Origin: an uncultured Chloroflexia bacterium
Lineage (GTDB): Bacteria; Chloroflexota; Ktedonobacteria; Ktedonobacterales; Ktedonobacteraceae
Assembly: GCA_963744875.1 (NCBI GenBank)
Contig: CAVUVQ010000050.1
Span: 77,330-141,329, forward strand
DNA length: 64,000 bases
Direction: 5' to 3'
Part shown: piece after piece, positions 17,889 to 28,983 of the stretch
How positions within the stretch are numbered: position 1 is the stretch's first letter
Layout: every line of letters starts with the position of its first letter
Position numbers and translations under genes: made by a program
The notes under the pieces: model-generated
Database searches by the model: none
Seen by the model: only the letters and a program-made list of their open reading frames with translations
Told to the model about the DNA's origin: nothing

Positions 17889-18602
17889 TTAATCTAACCC
17901 TCCCAGCCGCTCTTTCAACTCTACCAGGTGCTCCCATTCATGCTCAAGCATCCTGCGTACCATTCTACGCACAGTTTGCACCTGCTTGCCATGTGTGACG
18001 ATCTCTGAAAGTTCTTGCGCATTGAAAGAACGCAGCTTCTCGATCTCAGCTCTACGCATCTGCTCCATACGCACGAGAAGTTCGTCCTTTGGCAGATGCT
18101 CAATCGAACCAGGGCCACGTACCCCCTCTATTTTCCCAAGGTTACGCACATATGAGTACTCGGCCCCAAAAACATGTTCAATGATTGAGCGCACCGATCT
18201 CCCTTTTTGCTGTGGCTCTTCCGCTAATTGTTCCTCGCTCAAGCCATTGATAAGAGAGAGTAACTCCAGGCGTGACCATTGCAGGTGCTGAAGATGTTCT
18301 TCCAGTTCTTGCGCTGTGAGTGGCTCAAGATCAGCCTGGAACACGACGTAAGGACTCCCATGGCCGAGCCACTCTCCCTCGGTAATATGTTGTGCGATCT
18401 GTAGCTGGATATCCTGAGTGCTGTCAACATCTGCTCCGTGGCGCTGTAGGAAACGGAGATACGTACGGATCGCTTCCGGCGTACTCTCCAGGGCTTTTTC
18501 AGTGGTTGGACCCGCAGCAATACATCCCAACAGATCAAAAACGTGCACCATTGTTGTTTTATGTTTTGGACCCGATTCAAGATAAAGATTATAAAGCGTC
18601 AT
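17889..18602 (-). CDS. DinB family protein with an N-terminal HicB-like/UPF0150-like module
   Basis: AAAGGTGG precedes ATG 18602. The N-terminus is MTLYNLYLESGPKHKTTMVHVFDLLGCIAAGPTTEKALE. The C-terminal half has the DinB-like features SIIEHVFGAEY and HEWEH. Confidence 0.6.
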   Translation of the reverse strand: MTLYNLYLESGPKHKTTMVHVFDLLGCIAAGPTTEKALESTPEAIRTYLRFLQRHGADVDSTQDIQLQIAQHITEGEWLGHGSPYVVFQADLEPLTAQELEEHLQHLQWSRLELLSLINGLSEEQLAEEPQQKGRSVRSIIEHVFGAEYSYVRNLGKIEGVRGPGSIEHLPKDELLVRMEQMRRAEIEKLRSFNAQELSEIVTHGKQVQTVRRMVRRMLEHEWEHLVELKERLGGLD

Positions 18603-18804
18603 ATGGTCGCCACCTTTCTTACAGCGCCAGGGCGGGGCGATCAATCGCACGGACCCGCCCGCGCTCACCACCTACAATTGCCCACCACCTACAATTTGAG
18701 CATAGACACAATACGCCCATCCACCAGCGTGACCCCTTTGCGTGCCCTGGTGAAGGCCTTCACATCCCTTGCTTTAACGACGGTTGTTTGTTGCTCACCG
18801 TTTG

Positions 18805-21159
18805 CTACCTGTAGACAGTCACGAGCAATGTATCCTCTTCGCTGATGAGCATGCTTAGCAAGATATGTTCGCGGTCCGTTAATTCGGTTGTGACTACACC
18901 TGCAGTTGCACGCCCCTTTTGTGGATACTGGCTCGTGGGCACTTTCTTGACCAGACCGCTATCTGTCACAACCAGGAAGTTCACCAGTCCCTCTTGTTGA
19001 CTGGAGAGGACGGATGCACTGATCACCGTCGCTCCCTTGCCCAGCGCCATCGCAGCGACTCCCTGACCAACACGTCCTTGAGCACGTAGCGTCTCGTCAC
19101 TGAAGCGCAGCGTCTGTCCGCTATTCGTCGTTACAAAGTATTCGCTCTGCCCATCAGAGATTAATGCGGCTACGATACTATCGCCATCCGCAAGCTTCAT
19201 ATCCTGTAAACCGTCAACATCTGCTGTCTTATACTCGCTAAGAGGCGATTTCTTGACCTTACCCAGTTTGCTGAAGGTGACCAGATAGCGATTCTCGTCG
19301 TACGCTTCGATGGGAAGAATTGCTACAACCTCTTCTCCCGCCGCTAATTCCAGGAGTTTGCGCAAAGGTTCGCCCTTCGTTGAGCGCGTGCCAGCCGGAA
19401 TGCGGTGCGTGGCGATCTGAAATACACGTCCACTGGAAGCAACACAGAGAAGGTAATCCTGCGAGGTGGTCGCGATAATCTGGCGCAGTTGCTCATCGCC
19501 ACGTACAGGAGTGTAAGTAGTATTACCGTTTTTGCCGCGCGGTTTGAATGTATCAGCAGGCAAGGCTTTGATTGACCCGGAACGCATGACGGCAATGGTT
19601 ATTTGCTCACGATCATGCAGCATCTCAACCACGGTGACAGGCGCGTGAAGCTGACCCTCAACATCAATGATGGTGCGACGCTCATCGCTGAACTGCTTGA
19701 TCAGTTGCTGCATCTCTTTTTTCAGCGAGGAGATCAGCGCTTTACGATCTGACAGCAGGCTTTCTAATTCGGCGATACGGCCTTGCAGATCCTCTTTTTC
19801 CTTCACATATTTGCCCGCATCCAGGCGTGTCACCTGGGCCAGCGTCATTGAGGCGATCACGTCAGATTGGATGGAGGTAAGAGAATACTTCGCCTCGATC
19901 TCTTTGCGAGCAGCGGCCCGATCTTCTGCTTGCTGGAATATCTTGACGATCTGCTCGGCATTGGCACTACCAATGATGAGGCCTTCGACAACGTGCAGGC
20001 GCTCACGAGCTTTGCGCAGATCAAACTCAGCTCTACGGGTGAGGATATCAATCTGATGGTTATTCCAATAGTTCAGCAATTCGAGCAGGCCAACTTGCTT
20101 CGGCTGACGAGCGGCCTGCATCGGCGAACCAAAGAGAAAGACCATCTGAAACGAAAGACCGATCTGCAGGTCTGTTTCGTTAAAAAGGAGCGAGAGCATC
20201 TGGGCTGCATCGGCATCTTTACGCAGGTCCAGAACGATGCGCATCCCCTTCTCGGTATCGCTTTCGTCGCGCACATCGGGCATCAAACCTTCGAGTTTAC
20301 GCGCATTAATGGCTTTGACGATCGAGGCTTTGATCCTGTCTCTCCCAATTGGGGGGATCTGGGTAATGATCAGCGAACGATTGCGCGGCGTCTCCTCCAG
20401 GCGCACTTCAGCACGCACAATGATGCGTCCCTTGCCATTGGTAAAGTAGTCTTTGATGCCATCAGTGCCGATAATGCGCCCACCCTGCGAGAAATCTGGT
20501 CCCTGGATATAACCCCTCAGTTGCTCAACGCTCATGTCAGGCTTATCCAATAGCGCAATGCAAGCACGTAACACCTCACCCAGATTATGCGGCGGGATAT
20601 TGGTAGAGAGACCTACGGCAATGCCACTCGATGGATTGACGATGGGTGGAATGCGCCCAGGTAGATAATCCGGCTCAACCACCTTCGGGTCCTGCTTATA
20701 GGTTGGATGCAGCGGGACGGTCTCTTTTTCCATATCGGCCATCAACGCATCAGCTAATGGCGAGAGACGCATCTCGGTATAACGATAGGCTGCAGGCGCA
20801 TCACCATCCTCACTGCCCATATTGCCCTGACCCTCGATCAATGGATAGCGCATCGTGAAAGGCTGAGCCATGCGCACCGCTGCATCATACACGGAGGTAT
20901 CACCGTGTGGATGATAGTTACCGAGAATCAGCCCCACGATCTCGGCACTCTTCACCGTTGGACGCGTGGGGAGATAGCGTGCCTCACGCATACCAGCCAG
21001 AATACGCCGCTGCACAGGTTTGAGACCATCACGAGCATCAGGCAGGGCACGATCAGTTACAACTGAGAGGCCATAGGTCGCAAATGCCTGCGATAGGATG
21101 ACCGAAAAATCTTCGCGATCAATGCCAGTTTCTACAATTTCTTCCGGTGTACGAGCCAT
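18805..21159 (-). CDS. gyrA: Type IIA topoisomerase subunit A (DNA gyrase GyrA, or ParC-like)
   Basis: 784 aa. DGLKPVQRRIL, NYHPHGDTSVYDAAVRMAQPF, active-site AAYRYTEMRL, and a six-blade-like C-terminal domain. The position of the GyrA box (QRRGGKG) reads KPRGKNG, so gyrase versus topo IV is not settled. Confidence 0.85.
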   Translation of the reverse strand: MARTPEEIVETGIDREDFSVILSQAFATYGLSVVTDRALPDARDGLKPVQRRILAGMREARYLPTRPTVKSAEIVGLILGNYHPHGDTSVYDAAVRMAQPFTMRYPLIEGQGNMGSEDGDAPAAYRYTEMRLSPLADALMADMEKETVPLHPTYKQDPKVVEPDYLPGRIPPIVNPSSGIAVGLSTNIPPHNLGEVLRACIALLDKPDMSVEQLRGYIQGPDFSQGGRIIGTDGIKDYFTNGKGRIIVRAEVRLEETPRNRSLIITQIPPIGRDRIKASIVKAINARKLEGLMPDVRDESDTEKGMRIVLDLRKDADAAQMLSLLFNETDLQIGLSFQMVFLFGSPMQAARQPKQVGLLELLNYWNNHQIDILTRRAEFDLRKARERLHVVEGLIIGSANAEQIVKIFQQAEDRAAARKEIEAKYSLTSIQSDVIASMTLAQVTRLDAGKYVKEKEDLQGRIAELESLLSDRKALISSLKKEMQQLIKQFSDERRTIIDVEGQLHAPVTVVEMLHDREQITIAVMRSGSIKALPADTFKPRGKNGNTTYTPVRGDEQLRQIIATTSQDYLLCVASSGRVFQIATHRIPAGTRSTKGEPLRKLLELAAGEEVVAILPIEAYDENRYLVTFSKLGKVKKSPLSEYKTADVDGLQDMKLADGDSIVAALISDGQSEYFVTTNSGQTLRFSDETLRAQGRVGQGVAAMALGKGATVISASVLSSQQEGLVNFLVVTDSGLVKKVPTSQYPQKGRATAGVVTTELTDREHILLSMLISEEDTLLVTVYR

Positions 21160-21162
21160 TAT

Positions 21163-23247
21163 CTATACATCCAATTCCTTAATTTTGCGCGAGTGCTCGG
21201 CCAGGAATAGACGGCGGCGCTCCGCGTTCTTGTCTTCCATCAATTCTGTCACCAACTTTGCCGCCAGGACGCCATCCTCCATGGTCACACGCTTCAACAC
21301 ACGACGAGCTGGATCAAGCGTCGTATCGCGCAGCTCTTTGGGGTTCATCTCACCCAGGCCTTTGAAGCGTTTGAACTCTAGATTCTGCGCATCAGCATGT
21401 GTATCCACAAACTGATCGCGCTTCTCATCATTCAGCAACCAGACCACTTTCCCCTTATACTTGACCGAATAGAGTGGGGGACAGGCGATATAGACATGGC
21501 CGCGCTCGATCAGATCGCTGAATTCTTGATGAAAGAGCGTCAGGAGCAGGCATTGAATATGCAACCCGTCCACGTCGGCATCGGTGGCGATGATGACGCG
21601 ATTAAATTTGAGTCTGCTGATATCGAAAACATCACGCGTGCCAGTGCCCAGAACGTTGATAATCGTGCGAATCTCTTCGTTTTCGACGATACTTTTCAGA
21701 TCCGCCTTCGCGACATTCAACGGCTTACCCTTGAGTTTGAGCACAGCCTGAAAATCGGAGAAGCGTCCCTGACCAGCACTTCCACCAGCGGAGTCGCCCT
21801 CAACAATGAAGAGTTCCGCTCGCGAAGCATCAGATGTGTTACAACGCAAGAACTTTTTGGAGAGCGTGGTATCAATCAACTCGCCATTTTTCTTGTTGCC
21901 AGCTCGCGCCAGTTCCTCGACCAGTTGCGCTTCGTTGCGGGCCTTCTGCATCTGCAAGATCTTCTTAAGCCACTCTTTGCCTGCAACGGGATTACTTTCA
22001 AACCAGTCCTTCAATCCTTCGTCGACGATCGAGCGCACCATACCCTCGACGGGTGCGTTGTTCAGGCGATCTTTGGTCTGGCCCTGGAATTGCGGATTGG
22101 TCAACTTGACCGAGATGACCACGTTCAAGCCTTGCTGAATCACTTCCGGCTTGAAGGCTTCTTTCTCACGGCTTTTGATCACGCTCAACTTGAGTGCGTA
22201 ATCATTCACGACTTTCGTCAAGGCCGCTTTAAAGCCCGTTTCATGCACGCCACCATCACGCGTGCGTACAGCATTGGCATAACTATACATCGTGATTTTA
22301 TAGCCACTGGTCGGCTGTAGGGCCACCTCAACGCGTACATCGTCCTTCTCTTTGGCAATGGCGATGACATGCTTGAAAAGTGGCGTGTTGGTGCTGGCCG
22401 TCAGTTCACGTACATAGTCGGGTAAGCCATCACGCGAATAAAAGAGACGCGTTACCTGCTCGTCGCGCTCGTCGTCCCAGGCGTCCAGATGGAATGAGAC
22501 GCCGCGATTGAGAAATGCAGAAGCGCTCAGGCGACTCTCAATGGCCGCCAGCTCATAATAGGCATCAGGATCAAAGATTGAGCGATCATACAACCAGCGC
22601 AACTGTGTACCATGCAACTTTGGATCACAGGCCACCACCTGATGAGGCATGGCAAAGCCACGACTGAACGTCTGGGTAAACTGCTGTCCATCCTTCCAGA
22701 TGGTTAATTCCAGCTTTTCTGAGAGAGCATTGATAACAGTTGAACCAACACCATGCAGGCCACCGGCTGTCTTATACGCACCCTCGGAGAACTTGCCACC
22801 CGAATGTGGGACCGTGAGAATTACCGTCGCCGCCGGAAGATAATCACCCTGGTAGAGCATCAGGTCAAAGGGCATACCTCGCCCCTCATCGCGTACAGTG
22901 ACCCAACCTTCACGATCAATACTCGCCCAGACATCCTTCCCAAAACCCGCCACCGCTTCATCGACGGCGTTATCCAGCGCCTCCCAGATGAGGTGAAGCA
23001 GGCCGGAGGTAGATGTCGAACCAATATACATTCCAGGACGATGACGAATCGCAGCAATCCCCTCCAGCACCTGAATATCAGCGGCTGAATAGGCTATATT
23101 TGTTTGTTTCTTTGCCTTCGGCACAGTTTTTACCCCCGATGGCTCAGAGCTTTTCTCACTAGCGTTATTCGTAAAAAGTGAAAGTTGTTCCTGAACGATA
23201 GCAGCTTCATCTTGCATGGGCAGGGGAACCTTCGAGGAACGGGACAT
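21163..23247 (-). CDS. gyrB: Type IIA topoisomerase subunit B (DNA gyrase GyrB, or ParE-like)
   Basis: 694 aa. LEGIAAIRHRPGMYIGST, GLHLIWEALDNAVDE, HSGGKF, GGLHGVGS, the Toprim motifs EGDSAGGSA and TDADVDGLHI, and GLGEMNP. A roughly 55-aa N-terminal extension precedes the ATPase domain. Its stop lies 3 nt before the subunit A start. Confidence 0.88.
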   Translation of the reverse strand: MSRSSKVPLPMQDEAAIVQEQLSLFTNNASEKSSEPSGVKTVPKAKKQTNIAYSAADIQVLEGIAAIRHRPGMYIGSTSTSGLLHLIWEALDNAVDEAVAGFGKDVWASIDREGWVTVRDEGRGMPFDLMLYQGDYLPAATVILTVPHSGGKFSEGAYKTAGGLHGVGSTVINALSEKLELTIWKDGQQFTQTFSRGFAMPHQVVACDPKLHGTQLRWLYDRSIFDPDAYYELAAIESRLSASAFLNRGVSFHLDAWDDERDEQVTRLFYSRDGLPDYVRELTASTNTPLFKHVIAIAKEKDDVRVEVALQPTSGYKITMYSYANAVRTRDGGVHETGFKAALTKVVNDYALKLSVIKSREKEAFKPEVIQQGLNVVISVKLTNPQFQGQTKDRLNNAPVEGMVRSIVDEGLKDWFESNPVAGKEWLKKILQMQKARNEAQLVEELARAGNKKNGELIDTTLSKKFLRCNTSDASRAELFIVEGDSAGGSAGQGRFSDFQAVLKLKGKPLNVAKADLKSIVENEEIRTIINVLGTGTRDVFDISRLKFNRVIIATDADVDGLHIQCLLLTLFHQEFSDLIERGHVYIACPPLYSVKYKGKVVWLLNDEKRDQFVDTHADAQNLEFKRFKGLGEMNPKELRDTTLDPARRVLKRVTMEDGVLAAKLVTELMEDKNAERRRLFLAEHSRKIKELDV

Positions 23248-23702
23248 CTTCTCTATACCTCATTTCAAAACACTTTCTATGCTGCTTTTCAGCATACAGC
23301 CTTCTCTGAAGAAAGTCAATACGGTTATAGACCAAAAGTTCTAATTTTAAAAAAGCCGCTTTCGGCAAACACTCTTCCAACCCTTTCTCCCTTTACTCTT
23401 CTTTTGGTAGTAGAAACGAACGGAAGTGAGCAGTTATTCCCTTTTTGTATATATGATAGAACGAAGAAAGTGCTTCGTCTTCACTCCTGGTTCTGTTTAC
23501 TTATTACTCTAGCACTTCTCATCATAACTTTTCCACTTCATACGCATGTGATTTCTATACATTGGCTACATTCACAACAATTTCACAGACGGGATTGTAT
23601 TTTCTCTCGCGTTCGATTATAATTACTCCAATTGTTATATACTATCTTATTGTTTATGCTTATTCTTATTTTTATTTTACGTAGGAAGGATTATATAGGG
23701 TT

Positions 23703-25040
23703 ATGCCTCGCCCATCTAAATATATCTCACCCGATACCCTTGGAGGCCACATCAGGGCCGCTCGTGAAAGCCTTCAACTTTCTCTTGCAGAAGTTGCCGA
23801 TGGACACTATAGCACCAGCCTTCTCTCACAAATAGAGCGCAATCGCCTTGATCCCTCCCCCGAGAGCTTACGTTTCCTTGCAGCACGCCTGCAACTCCCA
23901 CTCGAAGATCTGGAAATCCTGGCTCAACGACATCGTAATACAAATATCGAAGATAATCACTATAAATCTTATGAGGAGTTGCGGGTAGAAGTTTTTCAAT
24001 ATCTAGCGAATAAAGATTGTCATCACGCTCTGGCTATTTTAAAGGACCTCCATTTTTCTCACATCCCCTATGCACAACGCTGGCGTCTGGCCGCACTACG
24101 CGGTCACGCTTACTTTGAACAACGCAAATTTTTAGAGGCACAACAGGACTTCATGTACGCCCTTAATGAACTGCCAGGTGCTGAAGATGTGCCGGATGAT
24201 CAGCAGCAGGAATTACTGCTTCTGCACCTGCATCTGGGTGGAACACATCGCGAATTGCAACGCCTGGAAGCAGCACAGGAACAATATCAGCTCGCACTCC
24301 AATTGATCAACGAGAAGACTCCTTTCGGGCAGGTTGCTGAAACACATTGGGGTCTGGCGTTACTCGGCTATGCGAAAGCCAATACGCTCTATAGCGATCC
24401 TGAACGCTATGCAAATTATCGAGATGCTATCTTACGTCAGTCACTAGAACACGCTGAAACAGCTTACTTCCTCTATCACTCCATGGGTGATCAGTTACAG
24501 GCCGCCACCGTCACCTGCGAGATTGCCCACATTGAGAAGATGCTGGGTGAGGTTGATAAAGCACGCATACACCTGAAAAAAGTTCTTTCCACCTGGTCCT
24601 CCTCGCAGGACGCATCCTCAGATAAACCTCGTTCGCAGGATAAGGCAAATGTGATCTCGGCTGCCGCCTGTTCGCTGGCCGCTATTGAGTTGGAAGAACG
24701 GCATTATGAGGCAGCCCTGCAATATGTGGAAATGGCGCTAGAGGCTGGCAAACAGAGTTACAAATTGCGACGTGCCAATGCTTATTCGATGCGTGGTCGT
24801 ATATTGGAGGCAATCAATTCCAAAAACCCTGCTGCTGAAGAATCGTTCCGGCAGGCAACGCTGGAACTGGCTGATACTCATCGTATCGGTGCCCGTATCA
24901 GTGCTCATGTCCGTCTCGGTCATCATCTCCTGATAATTGGGAAAATAAGCGAGAGCGAGCAGGAATTGGAACAGGCCCGTCACCTTTCAGACCTGGTATC
25001 TACTATAGTGACGGAAGATACGACCACTATACTTGAATAA
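23703..25040 (+). CDS. XRE-family helix-turn-helix transcriptional regulator fused to a TPR-like repeat domain
   Basis: The N-terminal LGGHIRAARESLQLSLAEVADGHYSTSLLSQIERNRLDPSPESLRFLAARL fits the HTH_3 pattern. About 380 aa of helical repeats follow. It is a paralog of the gene at 49631. Confidence 0.75.
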   Translation: MPRPSKYISPDTLGGHIRAARESLQLSLAEVADGHYSTSLLSQIERNRLDPSPESLRFLAARLQLPLEDLEILAQRHRNTNIEDNHYKSYEELRVEVFQYLANKDCHHALAILKDLHFSHIPYAQRWRLAALRGHAYFEQRKFLEAQQDFMYALNELPGAEDVPDDQQQELLLLHLHLGGTHRELQRLEAAQEQYQLALQLINEKTPFGQVAETHWGLALLGYAKANTLYSDPERYANYRDAILRQSLEHAETAYFLYHSMGDQLQAATVTCEIAHIEKMLGEVDKARIHLKKVLSTWSSSQDASSDKPRSQDKANVISAAACSLAAIELEERHYEAALQYVEMALEAGKQSYKLRRANAYSMRGRILEAINSKNPAAEESFRQATLELADTHRIGARISAHVRLGHHLLIIGKISESEQELEQARHLSDLVSTIVTEDTTTILE

Positions 25041-25311
25041 TCCTTCCACTTTCCTGGTATTTCCGCACTTTGCGAGCCTCTGGTCTCGTCGTTGCTGCTT
25101 TGGAGGAACCGGAACCAACTGAGGAATTTCTGGCGAGTTCAGAGCAGGGACACTGGATTGCTGAAATTCCACTTCATTGTGTCATCGAAGCCTGGAAGGT
25201 CAGGGACCTTTTACCGCTCCAGGGATAATTCTAAGATCCCCTCCATACAGGATTGTTCCTGCCCGCTTTCGCTGCTATCATATCGATAGATGAAAAGAAA
25301 GGAATAACTCT

Positions 25312-26160
25312 ATGTCAAACACAGAGCACGTACAGACAGGTTTTGCAGCAGTAAATGGCACAACATTGTATTATGAGGTTGCTGGTACGGGGCATCCATT
25401 CGTGCTGGCGCATGGACACCTTCTGGATAGAAGATCGTGGGACGATCAGTTCTCCGTCTTCGCTCAACGCTATAAGGTCATTCGCTACGATCAGCGAGGC
25501 TTTGGGGATTCAGGACTGGTTACAAAAGGTGAGTCTTATTCTGATCGTCAGGATCTCTACGAACTGATGAAATTCCTGGGCATCGAGAGCGCTTATATCA
25601 TGGGTGTCTCCGGAGGAGGTGCGCTGGCTATCGATTTTACGCTTGAACACCCTGAGATGGTTGACGCGCTAATCCCGGTCACCGCAGGCGTAAGCGGATT
25701 TCATCCATCAGAAGAAATGATGAAACAATATCCAGATGTCGCGCGAATGTATATGAATCTAAACGAGGCATTTGAGAAGCACGATGTTCCACGAGCAGTT
25801 GAAATCTCGCTCGAATTGTGGACGGATGGGCCGGGTCGGCTTCCAGGGCAGGCTGCTCCCAACGTGCGCGAACGGGTACGCGAGATGTCAACGCGCAATT
25901 GGGAGCGCCCAGATGATAAGGTACAGGCTGAGACGCCGCCAGTGCCATTAGAACCGCCAGCGATTGGCCGTTTGGCGGAGATTAAAGTGCCGACGCTCGT
26001 CATTCTAGGAGAATTAGACGGTCCAAATCCGCTGGAGCAACTGGTCGCAGAGATACCAGGAGCAAAAAAGGTGGTTATGGCAGGGACAGCGCATCATCCT
26101 TTTATGGAGAAGCCAGTCGAGTTCAACCAGATCGTGCTGGATTTTCTGGGAGCACTGTAA
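25312..26160 (+). CDS. Alpha/beta hydrolase fold protein
   Basis: HG at 'VLAHGHLLD', nucleophile elbow GVSGGG, a C-terminal His in AGTAHHPFMEKP, 282 aa. Confidence 0.8.
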   Translation: MSNTEHVQTGFAAVNGTTLYYEVAGTGHPFVLAHGHLLDRRSWDDQFSVFAQRYKVIRYDQRGFGDSGLVTKGESYSDRQDLYELMKFLGIESAYIMGVSGGGALAIDFTLEHPEMVDALIPVTAGVSGFHPSEEMMKQYPDVARMYMNLNEAFEKHDVPRAVEISLELWTDGPGRLPGQAAPNVRERVREMSTRNWERPDDKVQAETPPVPLEPPAIGRLAEIKVPTLVILGELDGPNPLEQLVAEIPGAKKVVMAGTAHHPFMEKPVEFNQIVLDFLGAL

Positions 26161-26425
26161 ACATACAGATCCATGAACGAGTACGGATACACAAAAATTA
26201 GGACAAGAAACAGCTACGAAGCAAAATGCGCTATAATAGACTATGTATATTATAGCGATGGGCGTCATAATGCTGTTAAAAAAATACATGTGGGTATCGG
26301 TACGATGGTTCCAGGGACCGATCACTGTAGGGAAGCCATTTATTATTCCGGGGTGCGATGACGAACCGATATCCACATGTATTTTTTAAATTGCATAATG
26401 CAGCCCGTACCGTCTGAGGTCTAGT

Positions 26426-27190
26426 ATGAAACCAGTTACAGGACAATATGAATACGTGCATCGATCTGGCATCGGACTTGACTACTTCACGTCCCGGATC
26501 GATCGCCTTATAGTGCAGGGAAATGGGCGCTTCTCGTTGCTTCTGCAAGAGCACAGCCGCGCCACCGGAGCGGCTCAATCGCTGCTTAACGGACAACAGG
26601 TTTCAGCCGCCGCGCCTGAGATCCGGCGCGAGGGCAGCTATACGCAGCAGGAGGCAGTGCTCTTCCTCAATTTTGATGATGGAACACAGGAGCAGGGGCA
26701 ACTCTCCTGGAATGGCGATGGGGTCCAGATCGGCAAGAACTTTTTCACGAAAGTCTCCGATTCGACGCTGCTACCCCCTACGCACCGTATGAAGCAGGAT
26801 ATGGATGATATCGCAAAGGGATTGAAAATCGCCAGCACGCTTGGTGGCTTTGCCGTAAAGGCTGTAAAAACGATTAATGACACGATCCAGACAACGAAAG
26901 ATCCAGGCGTTGGTCCATCTCAAAATGCTCCGTCTCCTGCCCAGCCAATGCAGCCACCAGCAGCTCAGCCATATCAACCAATCCAGAACGACGGCAGACC
27001 GATGCCACAACAACCAATTCAGAACAATGCGGGGTCGATGCCACAACAACCTCCAACATATCAACCTGTGCCACCCCAACCGTCACAAAATCCGCCCGTG
27101 GGACAACCTGCCCTCTTTTGCGACCAGTGTGGAGCACGTACCCGTCCAGGCAAGCGCTTCTGTAATAACTGTGGTGCCCGACTCGTCTAA
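26426..27190 (+). CDS. Hypothetical protein with Pro/Gln-rich linker and C-terminal zinc-ribbon
   Basis: The C-terminus is FCDQCGARTRPGKRFCNNCGARLV (double CxxC). The linker reads PAQPMQPPAAQPYQPIQNDGRPMPQQPIQNN. The N-terminal 150 aa were not recognised. Confidence 0.5.
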   Translation: MKPVTGQYEYVHRSGIGLDYFTSRIDRLIVQGNGRFSLLLQEHSRATGAAQSLLNGQQVSAAAPEIRREGSYTQQEAVLFLNFDDGTQEQGQLSWNGDGVQIGKNFFTKVSDSTLLPPTHRMKQDMDDIAKGLKIASTLGGFAVKAVKTINDTIQTTKDPGVGPSQNAPSPAQPMQPPAAQPYQPIQNDGRPMPQQPIQNNAGSMPQQPPTYQPVPPQPSQNPPVGQPALFCDQCGARTRPGKRFCNNCGARLV

Positions 27191-27194
27191 ACAA

Positions 27195-27482
27195 TTATGT
27201 GCGGGTGTAGTCCTTCATCAGAAATTCGTAAGCGGCAATGATACGTTGCATCTGCCGCTGATCGCCACCGAGGTCGGGATGATAGCGTTTAGCAAGTGAG
27301 CGATAACGGCGCTTGATCTGCTTGGGAGTCGCCGTTGGAGGCAATCCCAACACAGCTAACGCCTGCTGACGCTGAATGACCGTGCGTGCAGGATTGCCAT
27401 TGCTATGCCAGATTGTGTGCGCACTGACGCGCAGAATATCCCATAGTATGCCAACAAATGATTTTGGAGGTCGTGCGCTCAT
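27195..27482 (-). CDS. Small J-domain (DnaJ-like) protein
   Basis: AVLGLPPTATPKQIKRRYRSLAKRYHPDLGGDQRQMQRIIAAYEFL contains the HPD motif. The protein is only 95 aa, with no G/F or zinc-finger region. Confidence 0.8.
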   Translation of the reverse strand: MSARPPKSFVGILWDILRVSAHTIWHSNGNPARTVIQRQQALAVLGLPPTATPKQIKRRYRSLAKRYHPDLGGDQRQMQRIIAAYEFLMKDYTRT

Positions 27483-27720
27483 TGATTCTTTCTTCCCGGC
27501 AGATTGAACAAGTGATATAGAATAAATATACGCTATTCCGCATCAATACACAACAAAACATTCCCTCAAAACGACACTCAGCATTTCTTATGAAACGTAA
27601 CAACTCGTTGAGCCGTAACACACTTACAGGATACTATCATTCGAAATCATTGCGCATTTTATTGTAGTACTAGAAAAGATGAGATGGAAGATAGAAAGCA
27701 CCTGGAAGGAGGATGTACTT

Positions 27721-28983
27721 ATGGCTGCAACAACACAAAAACAAAACGTTGGGTCTTCGTCCGATCCGAAGGCAGAACTGATCAAAGACGTACAGAAAGA
27801 TGTCAAACCAGCTCAGAAGTTTCTTAACAAATTTAACAACGACTGGGTGATGAACTTTGCAGGTATCATGGCCTATAACTTGATGCTGGCAATATTTCCT
27901 ATCGTTATCGCCATTCTTGGTATTACTGGCCTGATTCTAAGATGGCAATCCAATTTTAGAACAGAATATTATTGCTCAGGCGGGTAAGATAGCTGGCTTA
28001 GGAAGTCTCGTGACCCTGGCTGCCAGCTCAGCTTAAAAAAGATGGCGGTATCCTGGTGATAATTGCGATTCTTACCGCTGTTTTTGGTGGTTCACGACTA
28101 TTCGTGACTCTGGAAGGAATTCTGGATCTACTCTATCGTGTACGACCACGACCAGTCATTCGCCAGAATATCGTCGCAATAGCTATGCTGTTACTGTTCG
28201 TCATTCTTATCCCAATTATGGTTACTGTTTCTATCATCCCTACAATTTTCTCAAACATTGCTCAATAATCCGACATTGAAAAGTGTTCCCGTTCTCGGCA
28301 CCATTACAGGCGGTGTAGGTGGGATAATTCTCGTTGACATTGTAAGTGCATTAGTTGGTCTACTGGTTGCATTCATTCTATTCGAGTCGATCTACTTCGT
28401 AGTGCCCAACCAGAAGATAAGCTGGCGTAATAGCTGGAAGGGTGCAATAGTAGCAGCCGCTCTGCTTGAAATATTCCTGTTGGCCTTCCCATTTTATACC
28501 AAATTCTTTCTACGTGGCTATGCAGGTCAGATCGGCCTCGTAATCATCCTGCTCATTTTCTTCTACTACTTTGCAGTGATCCTGCTGCTGGGTGCTGAGG
28601 TCAATGCCTTCTTCTCAGAGAAGGTTCAGCCCTTGCCGAATGATCTGGTGACCTTTGTCAGTACGATGGGTGGCAAGCTTAATCGTGACATTCCTCAAGC
28701 TGAGTCTGATGCCCATGTCAATACCCGCCCAACCGACTCGGCGGATAAAGCGCACGTTTCGGATGAGCTTCAACACGAGGAAAAGGTACAAACGAGAAAC
28801 AAGCACGTTCAACACCAGATTGCTTCCGCAGCTCGTAGTAATGATGAGGCCCGCGATGCTGCAAAAGAGCGAAAGAAACAGGCACAAGGTTCAGGAAAAT
28901 TAACTGCAATACTGAGTGCGGTCGCTGGAACGGCGCTTGCGTTCCTCTTCCAGATATTACAGGTGCGCCACCACGGAAAGTAA
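27721..28983 (+). pseudogene. YihY/BrkB ('ribonuclease BN-like') family membrane protein, frame broken about 3 times
   Basis: GGAAGGAGG precedes ATG 27721. Pieces in three frames (27721-27987, about 27941-28036, 28014-28268, 28258-28983) give the family pattern F..D..M..AG.MAYN.MLAIFP ... GGSRLF..LE..L..LYRV..RP ... F..VP......W......GA...A.L.E.......Y. Frame changes lie near 27941-27950, 28014-28036 (next to an A6 run) and 28250-28262. Confidence 0.7.

Noticed and set aside
19867-20553. 228-aa plus-strand ORF inside the gyrA-like gene (similarly 21397-22320, 307 aa, inside the gyrB-like gene)
   Set aside because: These are antisense shadow ORFs of strongly supported minus-strand genes. They have no RBS, no recognisable motifs and an odd composition, so I treat them as spurious.
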